Assembly (NCBI GenBank): GCA_016779935.1
Contig: JADHMQ010000003.1
Coordinates: 48,908-112,907 of the forward strand
Length of the DNA: 64,000 bases
Direction: 5' to 3'
Origin: Flavobacteriales bacterium
GTDB taxonomy: Bacteria; Bacteroidota; Bacteroidia; Flavobacteriales; UBA7312
Every line of letters starts with the position of its first letter. Position 1 is the first letter of the stretch. Below the pieces are notes generated by a model that saw nothing but the letters and a program-made list of their open reading frames with translations, did not search any database and was not told the DNA's origin. The position numbers and the translations under genes are program-made. This document shows positions 38,447 through 47,165 of the stretch, piece by piece.

Positions 38447-39043
38447 TTACCTTTCTAAAGTCATTCTTTTTTCTGCTGATCCATCACTATAGATATAAAT
38501 TAAAGGCTGATTTTGTATGAATGGAACTCTTCTACCTTGTAAATCAAGAACATCTAATAATTCTCTTTTTTGAATATTAGATTTAATGACTTTATTATTA
38601 TAGAAATATGAAATGCTATTAAAAAAATCAGAAAATATTGTGTCATTAATTACTATCGTATCACCAATCACATCAAAATCATCTATATCAGTGCCAGTAA
38701 ATGTAGAGTTTTCTAATTCGGAAATTAATTCATTTAAATCATTACCGAAATTATTAGTTAGAAAATCAATGACGTCATCTAGACTCAAAAATTCAAGTTC
38801 GTCAGAGTCCGAATCATCTTCAAAATCTGAGTCGAAAGATAAATCATCACAATTGAAAAACAATTGTAAATCAGCATCATTAAATTCTCCATCGTTATTG
38901 AAATCAATTTGTGAAAGATTCTCGTATTCCTCAAACGAAATTATGAAATCTTGACCTCCACAATCAAAGGTGTAAGTCTCTTCTGCCTGAACTATTACTA
39001 GAGTGGTTAAAAAGGCAATTAATGAAAGGATTGGTTTTTTCAT
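38447..39043 (-). CDS. Small, extremely acidic secreted protein with one EF-hand/dockerin-like Ca-binding loop and a possible short T9SS C-terminal signal
   Basis: 198 aa with signal peptide MKKPILSLIAFLTTLVIVQA. The loop DFNNDGEFNDAD (nt 38870-38905) fits DxNxDGxxxxxD. There are long D/E/F/S runs. The C-terminus VLDLQGRRV..LIYIYSDGSAEKRMTL weakly resembles a T9SS CTD end. Confidence 0.5.
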   Translation of the reverse strand: MKKPILSLIAFLTTLVIVQAEETYTFDCGGQDFIISFEEYENLSQIDFNNDGEFNDADLQLFFNCDDLSFDSDFEDDSDSDELEFLSLDDVIDFLTNNFGNDLNELISELENSTFTGTDIDDFDVIGDTIVINDTIFSDFFNSISYFYNNKVIKSNIQKRELLDVLDLQGRRVPFIQNQPLIYIYSDGSAEKRMTLER

Positions 39044-39184
39044 AGTCTAAATGTTTATAAATTAATAATTAAATTAAATCACAACAAATTTAGTCATTTA
39101 GCACATTAATGAAAAGAAGGTGTTATTTACAATCTTACCATTTCAAAGGTTTTTTTAACGCAATAAGTTAGTATATTACTAAAA

Positions 39185-40195
39185 TTAATGATGACTCTTA
39201 GTCCTAAACACCTGTAAACTTAGATTTCCAAATAGAATAGTAGCAAACACCAAATGAGCCGTTTGTACTAAGCCAGGCATATTAAAGTGTGCTAAAAGAA
39301 CACCTGACAACAATTCTATAAGAAGAATAGCATATAACCATCGAACAATTCGATACTTCTTGTTTCTTTCATTTTGGTAAGCAATGAACGTCAGTAAAAC
39401 CAAAACAAACCACGAAAAACTACGATGAATGAAGAAAGGAACACTTAAATACTCCGTCCACTGTTCACGTCCAATACCCATACGCGTCAACTCATCAATA
39501 GACTCTCGAACTTGTGTGCCTAAAAACAATTGCACAACTGTAATTATAAAACACAGCCAAATCAAATTAAAATTCAGTTTATTAAACAAAAGATTATTCG
39601 ATTGACTTGGAGCAACTAATCGAATTATATACAATTGAATAAAAATAATTAGTAAGGCAAAAAATAGATGAACTGTAATTGTCCAAGGCACCAAATTAGA
39701 GGCTACTACAATAGATCCAAACCAGGCCTGAAAGGCCATGAAAATAAGATTAATGAATGACAGAAACAGTAAAACCCTATGCTTTCTGTAAAATAAAACT
39801 ATCCAAGCAAAAATGAAAAGCACCGAGTTACCTGCCAGAAAGCCAAACAATCGGTTAATGTATTCCGTCCATGTTTTGCGAACATTAAAGTCTTCTTCCT
39901 TTGTAAGGTTAGGATCATTTTGCATCTGAGTCGCCACATCGGACATGCCAATAGCAGACAAGAATTTCCCGAACTTTACTACTTTTTCTTGGCGTTGCTC
40001 CACGAATTTTTCTTTGTAATTATCTGGCACTTGACTAATATCAGTGGGAGGAATCCATTGATCAAAGCACTTAGGCCAATCGGGACAACCCATACCACTA
40101 CCAGTAATTCGCACAAAGCTACCAGCAATAACCACCAAAAAAATGAGGACTAAAGCCAGCCAATTAAACCGAACAAAACGTTTAGAAAAATTCAT
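39185..40195 (-). CDS. ctaA: Heme A synthase (COX15/CtaA family)
   Basis: 336 aa. It has GSFVRITGSGMGCPDWPKCF, multiple TM helices, and conserved His residues (FFIHRS; TAHLVFA). Confidence 0.85.
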   Translation of the reverse strand: MNFSKRFVRFNWLALVLIFLVVIAGSFVRITGSGMGCPDWPKCFDQWIPPTDISQVPDNYKEKFVEQRQEKVVKFGKFLSAIGMSDVATQMQNDPNLTKEEDFNVRKTWTEYINRLFGFLAGNSVLFIFAWIVLFYRKHRVLLFLSFINLIFMAFQAWFGSIVVASNLVPWTITVHLFFALLIIFIQLYIIRLVAPSQSNNLLFNKLNFNLIWLCFIITVVQLFLGTQVRESIDELTRMGIGREQWTEYLSVPFFIHRSFSWFVLVLLTFIAYQNERNKKYRIVRWLYAILLIELLSGVLLAHFNMPGLVQTAHLVFATILFGNLSLQVFRTKSHH

Positions 40196-40202
40196 TTAAA
40201 AA

Positions 40203-40574
40203 TTAATGCGTGTCAATTTTCACTTGCTCAACAGCTTGCAGAATTTCTACTTCTACCGAACTTACAGTGTACAAACTATCCTTAAGTGTATTAATTAAAT
40301 CAATCATAGCATACTCGCTTATTAAACTATTATCATAATCTACAACAGCCAGCTTACTTTCAAAATCTACTTCGGCCTTTACAACACCCTCTAATTTCTC
40401 AAGTTCCTCGTCAATGTAAGCTGCACAGCCAACCTGACAGCTCATACCATCAATTATAAATTCAGCTTTTGCATCAGCTAAAGCCATAACTTCAGATTCA
40501 ACATTCGAAGTAGTGTTTTGTCCACAGCTAACAAGAACTAAGATTGATAAGAGAGTTAAAAAGTTTTTGAACAT
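40203..40574 (-). CDS. Heavy-metal-associated (HMA) domain lipoprotein; the track ORF extends to 40622
   Basis: It has the lipobox LVLVSCG after MFKNFLTLLSI. The HMA-like IIDGMSCQVGCAAYIDEELEKLEGV has a C-x3-C pair instead of CxxC. The gene lies 7 bp upstream of ctaA. Confidence 0.7.
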   Translation of the reverse strand: MFKNFLTLLSILVLVSCGQNTTSNVESEVMALADAKAEFIIDGMSCQVGCAAYIDEELEKLEGVVKAEVDFESKLAVVDYDNSLISEYAMIDLINTLKDSLYTVSSVEVEILQAVEQVKIDTH

Positions 40575-40628
40575 AATTTTATATTTATAATAGGTTACAA
40601 AAATACTAACATATCTTCGCAAAAATTA

Positions 40629-41507
40629 TTGTTTGTGTCATTATCTAACAAAAAAGTTTTTACGTGGCTTCTACTTATCCTGCTCGCCTTCATTTGGGGA
40701 AGCTCCTTTATTCTCATGAAAAAGGGACTTATTGTGTTTAATGACATTGAGGTTGCACAATTAAGAATGGGTATCGCATGGCTTAGTTTATTGCCCTTCG
40801 TTTGGAAAAAGATTGCTAAAATCGAGAAGCGTCACATATTGCCAATAATCATTGTAGGCTTGTTTGGAAACGGAATACCTGCCTTTTTATTTACCAAAGC
40901 ACAAACGTATCTTGACAGTTCACTTGTTGGTATTTTGAATGCCTTAGTGCCTATATTCACATTTATAATTGCCGTTTTCTTATTCAAAAACAAAGTGAAA
41001 AGGAGTCAGGTATTAGGAATTATTATTGGACTTTGCGGAGCAGTATCGCTTATTGCATACGGAGGAGTGAATTTTGAAAACATGAACTATTCCTATTATG
41101 TCATTGCTGCGACATTGTGCTATGCCATAAGTTTAAACACCATCAAAAATTCATTGCAAGACATGTCTGCTATTGACATCTCTGGCTTGGCATTTTTTGT
41201 TATCGGACCATTCTGTTTGTTAGCACTCTATTTTTCAGACTTTAGTTACAAAATGGAAAACAGTGAAGATGCTCTTACAGCTTTTCTCTATATAGTTTTA
41301 TTATCTACAATAGGCACTTCCATTGCTCTTGTTGCTTTTAATGTTTTAGTAAAGAATACAACGGCAATATTCGCTTCATCGGTAACATACCTCATTCCAA
41401 TAGTTGCAATTTTTTGGGGCTTTGTGGACGGTGAAAATATTACGCTGAACCACTTCCTAAGTATAGGTATTATTTTAGGAGGCATCCACCTAGTAAACAA
41501 AGGGTAA
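40629..41507 (+). CDS. EamA/DMT-family transporter
   Basis: 292 aa with ~10 TM helices in two EamA-like halves. It has a TTG (or GTG 40635) start. Confidence 0.8.
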   Translation: MFVSLSNKKVFTWLLLILLAFIWGSSFILMKKGLIVFNDIEVAQLRMGIAWLSLLPFVWKKIAKIEKRHILPIIIVGLFGNGIPAFLFTKAQTYLDSSLVGILNALVPIFTFIIAVFLFKNKVKRSQVLGIIIGLCGAVSLIAYGGVNFENMNYSYYVIAATLCYAISLNTIKNSLQDMSAIDISGLAFFVIGPFCLLALYFSDFSYKMENSEDALTAFLYIVLLSTIGTSIALVAFNVLVKNTTAIFASSVTYLIPIVAIFWGFVDGENITLNHFLSIGIILGGIHLVNKG

Positions 41508-41513
41508 TTTTAT

Positions 41514-41544
41514 TTTGCAAGTTGTTGATTAATTATTACATTTG
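41514..41544 (+). promoter_or_regulatory. Bacteroidota sigma-A promoter for rplU-rpmA: TTTG-N19-TACATTTG
   Basis: The -33 TTTG is at 41514-41517, followed by a 19-nt spacer and the -7 TACATTTG at 41537-41544. This places it 40 nt upstream of the rplU ATG at 41584. Confidence 0.5.
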
Positions 41545-41583
41545 CACCCCACAAAAAATAGTGGATTAAAAAAAACATTTAGA

Positions 41584-42111
41584 ATGTATGCAATTGTAGA
41601 AATAGCAGGGCAACAATTCAAAGTTGAAAAAGACCAACAAATCTTTGTTCATCGTCTAGATAGCAAAGAAGGTTCTAAAGTTGAATTCGATAAAGTTTTA
41701 TTGATTGACAATGGCGGAAAAATAAATGTTGGCGCCCCAGCTATCAGTGGTGCAAAAGTAACTGCAAAAGTGCTTGGCCACATGAAAGGTGACAAGGTAA
41801 TTGTCTTCAAAAAGAAAAGGAGAAAGGGATACAAAGTGAAAAATGGTCACAGACAATCGTTTTCTCAAATTGAAATTCAAAGCATTGTTGAAAAAGGTGC
41901 TTCTGCCAAAAAAGCTACTCCAAAAGAAGAAGCTAAGCCAGTAGAAAAAAAGGCAACAGCAGCTAAAGCAACTGCCAAAAAAGATGCAGCTCCTAAAAAA
42001 GCAGCACCAAAAAAGGCAGTGGCAGCAAAGCCTAAAGCAGCAGCTAAAAAGCCTGCCGCTAAAAAAGCAACAACTGCTAAGAAGACAGCAGCTAAAAAAA
42101 CTGACAAATAG
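41584..42111 (+). CDS. rplU: Ribosomal protein bL21 with a ~70-aa Lys/Ala-rich C-terminal extension
   Basis: MYAIVEIAGQQFKVEKDQ..GHRQSFSQIEI is the bL21 core. The tail is KKATPKEEAKPVEKKATAAKATAKKDAAPKKAAPKKAVAAKPKAAAKKPAAKKATTAKKTAAKKTDK. The track start at 41542 is a TTG inside the promoter box. Confidence 0.9.
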   Translation: MYAIVEIAGQQFKVEKDQQIFVHRLDSKEGSKVEFDKVLLIDNGGKINVGAPAISGAKVTAKVLGHMKGDKVIVFKKKRRKGYKVKNGHRQSFSQIEIQSIVEKGASAKKATPKEEAKPVEKKATAAKATAKKDAAPKKAAPKKAVAAKPKAAAKKPAAKKATTAKKTAAKKTDK

Positions 42112-42135
42112 TTTAACATATAAAAATCAAATACT

Positions 42136-42393
42136 ATGGCTCATAAGAAAGGTGTAGGAAGTAGTAAGAACGGAAGAGAATCAGAAAGTAAACGACTTGG
42201 CGTGAAGATATTCGGTGGTCAAGGTGCTATTGCTGGAAACATTATCGTTCGTCAAAGAGGAACTAAGCATCATCCAGGTGAAAATGTTGGTATTGGTAAA
42301 GACCATACTCTTTTCGCATTAACCGATGGTATTGTTCAATTTACTAAGAAATCAAACAATCGTTCATACGTATCCGTAGACCCTATTAACTAA
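42136..42393 (+). CDS. rpmA: Ribosomal protein bL27
   Basis: [39 protein letters not shown]. Confidence 0.95.
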   Translation: MAHKKGVGSSKNGRESESKRLGVKIFGGQGAIAGNIIVRQRGTKHHPGENVGIGKDHTLFALTDGIVQFTKKSNNRSYVSVDPIN

Positions 42394-42418
42394 AAGGTAG
42401 CGTATTAATAAAATAGTT

Positions 42419-42453
42419 AAACTCCCTGCTTTTTAAGTTAGGGAGTTTTTTTT
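42419..42453 (+). terminator. Rho-independent terminator after rpmA
   Basis: A 9-bp stem AAACTCCCT/AGGGAGTTT with a 12-nt loop runs into a T8 tract. Confidence 0.75.
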
Positions 42454-42492
42454 GATTAAGAATGTTATTTTTGTAATTCTAGAAACACAAGC

Positions 42493-43764
42493 ATGTTACA
42501 GATCAACTACATAAGAGAACACAAGACAGAAGCATTAGAACGCTTAAAAAAGAGGAATATTCATGCAGATGAACTCTTTAATGAAATTATCAGCAAAGAT
42601 GATTTAAGAAAAGATACACAAAGTAAGCTTGATAATATTTTGTCTCAGTCCAATCAAATTGCCAAAGAGATTGGACAATACTTTAAAAATGGTGAGAAAG
42701 AAAAAGCCGAAGAAGCTAAACTGAAAACCGTAGAACTTAAACAAACGAGCAAGTCATTAGGTGAATTGCTAAATAAAGTCAGTGACGAACTCACTGATTT
42801 ACTTACTCAAATTCCGAATGTTCCTCACGAAAGTGTTCCTTCCGGAAAATCTGCTAACGATAACGAAACTGTATCTCAAGAAGGTGACATTCCTAAACTT
42901 CATGAGAATGCCCTACCACATTGGGAATTAGCACAAAAATACGACCTCATAGATTTTGAATTGGGCAATAAAATATCTGGTGCAGGGTTCCCTGTTTATA
43001 AAGGGAAGGGTGCAAAACTACAACGTGCTTTAATCAATTATTTCTTGGATAAAAATACAGCAGCAGGCTATCAAGAAATCCAACCTCCACATCTTGTTAA
43101 TGAAGCCAGTGGATTTGGCACAGGGCAACTTCCTGACAAAGAAGGACAAATGTATCACATTACCGTTGATAATTTATACCTAATACCAACTGCCGAAGTT
43201 CCCGTTACTAATATTTTTAGAGATGTAATCGTAAAAAGCGAAGACTTCCCTATAAAATACACAGCATATACCCCTTGCTTTAGAAGAGAAGCAGGCTCTT
43301 ACGGAAAAGATGTAAGAGGACTAAATCGACTGCACCAATTTGATAAAGTAGAAATTGTGCAAGTGCAAAAACCTGAGCAATCCTACCAAACACTAGACAG
43401 CATGGTAGAACACGTTACTCAAATACTAAGAGAACTTGAGCTGCCGTTCAGAATATTAAAACTTTGCGGTGGAGACATGAGCTTTACCTCTGCCCTAACC
43501 TATGACATGGAAGTGTATTCAGCTGCTCAAGAACGATGGTTGGAAGTGAGCTCTATTTCAAATTTTGAAAGCTATCAAGCAAATAGACTCAAACTGAGGT
43601 ATAAAGACGAGAATAAGAATAATATACTTTGTCATACACTAAACGGAAGTGCTCTAGCATTACCTAGAATAGTAGCCTCATTATTAGAAAATAATCAGGA
43701 CGAAAAAGGAATTAGAATACCTAAAGTTCTTGTTCCTTACACTGGATTTGAATACATATACTAA
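42493..43764 (+). CDS. serS: Seryl-tRNA synthetase
   Basis: 423 aa. It has an N-terminal coiled-coil arm and the class II motifs FRREAGSYGKDVRGLNRLHQFDKVE and TLNGSALALPR. Confidence 0.95.
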   Translation: MLQINYIREHKTEALERLKKRNIHADELFNEIISKDDLRKDTQSKLDNILSQSNQIAKEIGQYFKNGEKEKAEEAKLKTVELKQTSKSLGELLNKVSDELTDLLTQIPNVPHESVPSGKSANDNETVSQEGDIPKLHENALPHWELAQKYDLIDFELGNKISGAGFPVYKGKGAKLQRALINYFLDKNTAAGYQEIQPPHLVNEASGFGTGQLPDKEGQMYHITVDNLYLIPTAEVPVTNIFRDVIVKSEDFPIKYTAYTPCFRREAGSYGKDVRGLNRLHQFDKVEIVQVQKPEQSYQTLDSMVEHVTQILRELELPFRILKLCGGDMSFTSALTYDMEVYSAAQERWLEVSSISNFESYQANRLKLRYKDENKNNILCHTLNGSALALPRIVASLLENNQDEKGIRIPKVLVPYTGFEYIY

Positions 43765-44288
43765 TGAAATACTTTTTAATACTTTTAATTGCTACAGCAA
43801 TAGGCTGTGCCAACTCCAACTTTCAAAGCGAGAAAGAAGCAATCAATGATTTAATAATCAAGTACGACAGCTTATTTACTTCAGTAAAAAGTATTGATAT
43901 CTCATCGGCTAAGCCCAACCTAAAGAAATACAATGAATCGCTAGAATATTCTAAAGCTCAACTTAGCACAGGATCCAAACCAAGTTTGAAAACGATGAAC
44001 TTCATGAACGATATGAAGTTGATGAAACGTCAATTCAAAAATGCATCTATAACAAAGAAAAATCTTCTATCAAATACAGTAAGAAATCAAGAACAACTGA
44101 ACAATCTATTAAACGATATTGATAACGGCATTTTTGAAAAAGACGAAATCAATCTTATTTTAACTAGAGAAAAACAGGCTATTGAAGAGGTGTCAAACTC
44201 ACTAATTCAATTTGAAGAAACCTTTAATAATGCTGAAAGTCGTTTTGACAGTCTTTATCAGCTATCCAAAACTTTCCAATACAACTAA
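43764..44288 (+). CDS. Hypothetical helical lipoprotein
   Basis: 174 aa with lipobox LIATAIGCAN. The stop/start overlaps serS by 1 nt. Confidence 0.45.
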   Translation: MKYFLILLIATAIGCANSNFQSEKEAINDLIIKYDSLFTSVKSIDISSAKPNLKKYNESLEYSKAQLSTGSKPSLKTMNFMNDMKLMKRQFKNASITKKNLLSNTVRNQEQLNNLLNDIDNGIFEKDEINLILTREKQAIEEVSNSLIQFEETFNNAESRFDSLYQLSKTFQYN

Positions 44289-46106
44289 ATGAAGTGGCTA
44301 GCAACATTAACCTTAACACTCATTTTATGCTTTCAAGCATACACACAATCCAATAGCGATTTACGAATTGCTAATAAATATGCCTACAGCGGACAATGTA
44401 CCAATGCGATTGAGATGTATGAAACATTTGAATCAAAATTAAGCCTTCAAAAATACTATCCTAATTATCTTAAATGTTTGCTTGAAGAAAAGAAATATAC
44501 TGAAGCCATTACACTAGTTAAAAAAGCAAGAAACAAATACCCCAATCAAATCATATACATCTTTGACCTTGGACTAGTCTATAAGCAGAAAGGCGACAAA
44601 TACCGAGCAGACAAAGAGTTTAGGAAAAGTTTGGATAATCTCAGGACCGGCAGAACTAATGATGTGAATGCATTAGCTTCTAAATTCTCAAAGAATGGCG
44701 AAAGCGAATGGCTTTACAAAGTTTACCAAAGGGGACAAGAATTAAACCCCAATTATGAGTTCGGCTTCCAACAAGCATCTTCTCTAGCAAATTTAGGTCA
44801 AACAGAGAAAATGATAGGCGTTTACCTTGACCTTATTGAAAAAAATCCAAACAACTTAAACACCGTAAAAATTAAACTCCAAAACAGTTTGGGACGAACA
44901 AAAAGCAGCAAAGACAATTACGACTTATTGCGAAAAAAACTTTTGCTTCGAGTACAAAAAACAAATAACAGCGAACTTACCGAGTTACTTATTTGGCTAT
45001 ACATTCAATCTAACGAATACGATGCTGCCTATATTTATACTAAAGCCCTTGACAAACGATTGAAAGAAAATGGCGATCGCATGTTCGATTTAGCCTATGT
45101 GGCCTATGAAAATAAAGCCTATCAAAGTGCTATTAAATGCTATCAGTACATTGTCAACTTAGGTACTGAAAACCCATACTATAAGGATGCCAAAATATCG
45201 GAGTTGATTGTAGCTGGCGAAGCACTTGTGGAAACAGACTATACTAATGATGAATTGCTAGAACTTGACAAAAATTACCAATCCGTAATTAGTGAGTTGG
45301 GTCAAACAAGAGAAATGGTCTATTTGATGAAAGACTACGCTAAAATAAAAGCCTTCTATTTATACGACTACCCCTCAGCAATTCAGCTTCTTGAAAAATC
45401 CATTCAATTGTTAGATGACGGAAAGCTACAAGCAGAATGTAAACTCATGCTAGGCGATATTTTACTAATTACAAATGAAGAATGGGACGCTATCTTGCTA
45501 TATTCACAGGTAGAAAAATCGTTCAAAGAAAATCCCATTGGTCATCAAGCCAAGTACAATCGTGCTAAAGTATCTTATTATCAAGGTCAATTTGATTGGG
45601 CTCAAGCTCAACTCGACGTTTTAAAAGCATCAACAACAAAGCTTATTTCGAACAATGCTATGAAGCTATCCCTTTTTATAACAGATAATTTAGGGCTAGA
45701 CACCTCTGCAATGGCAATGAATATGTACGCAAAAGCAGATCTTTTAAGCTTTCAAAACAAACTTGACGAAAGCTTAAATCTACTTGATAGTATGCTCAGT
45801 ATTTTTCCAGGACATACACTTACAGACGACATTATTTTCAAAAAAGCCGATATTCATTTTAACCGAAAAGAATACGCTAAAGCAGCAGCACTATATGAAA
45901 AAGTAGCTACTGACTTCTCGTATGATATTTTAGCCGATGATGCTTTATTCAATTGGGCAGATTTACTTGAAAATAAATTGGATAATAAAGAAAAAGCTAT
46001 GGAGATTTTTGAGAAAATTGTCTTAGACTATTCTGATAGCATATATACAAGCGAAGCTAGAAAACGATTTAGAAACTTAAGAGGTGATGAAAATATTGAA
46101 TTATGA
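44289..46106 (+). CDS. Secreted tetratricopeptide-repeat protein
   Basis: 605 aa with a signal peptide. It has many TPR-like A-x-x-x-Y/F..A..Y helices. Confidence 0.6.
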   Translation: MKWLATLTLTLILCFQAYTQSNSDLRIANKYAYSGQCTNAIEMYETFESKLSLQKYYPNYLKCLLEEKKYTEAITLVKKARNKYPNQIIYIFDLGLVYKQKGDKYRADKEFRKSLDNLRTGRTNDVNALASKFSKNGESEWLYKVYQRGQELNPNYEFGFQQASSLANLGQTEKMIGVYLDLIEKNPNNLNTVKIKLQNSLGRTKSSKDNYDLLRKKLLLRVQKTNNSELTELLIWLYIQSNEYDAAYIYTKALDKRLKENGDRMFDLAYVAYENKAYQSAIKCYQYIVNLGTENPYYKDAKISELIVAGEALVETDYTNDELLELDKNYQSVISELGQTREMVYLMKDYAKIKAFYLYDYPSAIQLLEKSIQLLDDGKLQAECKLMLGDILLITNEEWDAILLYSQVEKSFKENPIGHQAKYNRAKVSYYQGQFDWAQAQLDVLKASTTKLISNNAMKLSLFITDNLGLDTSAMAMNMYAKADLLSFQNKLDESLNLLDSMLSIFPGHTLTDDIIFKKADIHFNRKEYAKAAALYEKVATDFSYDILADDALFNWADLLENKLDNKEKAMEIFEKIVLDYSDSIYTSEARKRFRNLRGDENIEL

Positions 46107-46399
46107 TACTATATAACGTAACAGTAAGTTTAGACCCAAGCATCCATACCGATTGGTTAGAATGGATGAGAAATGTTCATATTCCTGAAGTAATGGCAAC
46201 AGGCTATTTTGTTGAATATAAAATCTGTAAATTATTAGTAGACGATGAAATTACCTATGCCATACAATACAACTGCGAAAGTCTAGAAAAGCTTAACGAA
46301 TATCAAGAGAAACATTCTCCTGCACTACAACAAAAGCATAAAGACAGATATAAAGGTAAATTTGGTGCATTCCGAACCTTATTAGAAATCATAGAGTAA
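46103..46399 (+). CDS. DUF4286-family small protein
   Basis: 98 aa. MILYNVTVSLDPSIHTDWLEWMRNVHIPEVMATGYF matches what I recall of DUF4286. Confidence 0.55.
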   Translation: MILYNVTVSLDPSIHTDWLEWMRNVHIPEVMATGYFVEYKICKLLVDDEITYAIQYNCESLEKLNEYQEKHSPALQQKHKDRYKGKFGAFRTLLEIIE

Positions 46400-46400
46400 G

Positions 46401-47165
46401 ATGAGCAAAGTAAGAGCAAAAAAACACCTAGGACAACACTTTCTTACCGACTTAGAAATTGCTCAAAATATAGCTTACAGCTTAGATACAAACCGTCACC
46501 AGTCAATATTAGAGGTAGGCCCGGGTATGGGTGTGCTTACAAAGTATCTATTAAATCTTGATTCGGAAGTTTTTGTAATTGAGATAGATAAAGAATCCGT
46601 ACGCTACCTTAAAAATCACTTTCCAAAGTTAGAAAACCATATCATTGAAGGTGATTTTTTACAATTGCCTATCGAAGAAATTTTTGACGATAAGGTCGGA
46701 ATTATTGGCAATTTCCCTTACAACATATCCTCACAAATACTTTTTAAAGCGCTCGACCATAAAAACACCATAACAGAAATTGTGGGAATGTTTCAAAAAG
46801 AAGTAGCTGAAAGGGTAGCCTCTCCTCCAGGCAAAAAAGCCTATGGAATAATTAGTGTTTTATTACAATGCTACTACGATATTGAGTACTTATTTACCGT
46901 CAATGAAGACGTCTTTGACCCTCCGCCAAAAGTAAAATCTGCCGTCATTAGACTAAGACGAAACCAAAGAAAAGACCTTCCGTGTGATGAGAAAAAATTC
47001 ATACGAACAGTAAAGACGGCTTTCTCGATGAGAAGAAAGACTTTGAGAAATGCTTTGAAAAGTCTTAACTTGGTGGACGAAATAAAAGCAAAAAAGTTTC
47101 TGGACTTAAGAGCAGAACAACTTAGTGTGGAAGACTTTTTTGAACTAACAGATTGCTTTGAATGA
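46401..47165 (+). CDS. rsmA: 16S rRNA (adenine1518/1519-N6)-dimethyltransferase RsmA/KsgA
   Basis: 254 aa. It has KKHLGQHFL, the SAM site VLEVGPGMGVLT equivalent (ILEVGPGMGVLT), and GNFPYNISS. Confidence 0.9.
   Translation: MSKVRAKKHLGQHFLTDLEIAQNIAYSLDTNRHQSILEVGPGMGVLTKYLLNLDSEVFVIEIDKESVRYLKNHFPKLENHIIEGDFLQLPIEEIFDDKVGIIGNFPYNISSQILFKALDHKNTITEIVGMFQKEVAERVASPPGKKAYGIISVLLQCYYDIEYLFTVNEDVFDPPPKVKSAVIRLRRNQRKDLPCDEKKFIRTVKTAFSMRRKTLRNALKSLNLVDEIKAKKFLDLRAEQLSVEDFFELTDCFE

Noticed and set aside
39044-39184. 141-bp spacer between ctaA and the acidic-protein gene, checked for a tRNA, riboswitch or small ORF
   Set aside because: It is very AT-rich, with no cloverleaf-compatible GC stems, no conserved riboswitch cores and no ORF with a plausible start.
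41877-42119. 80-aa Ala/Phe/Leu-rich minus-strand ORF, plus 41649-41880 ORFs
   Set aside because: It is the antisense image of the Lys/Ala (AAA/GCN) repeat tail of rplU and has no independent signals.
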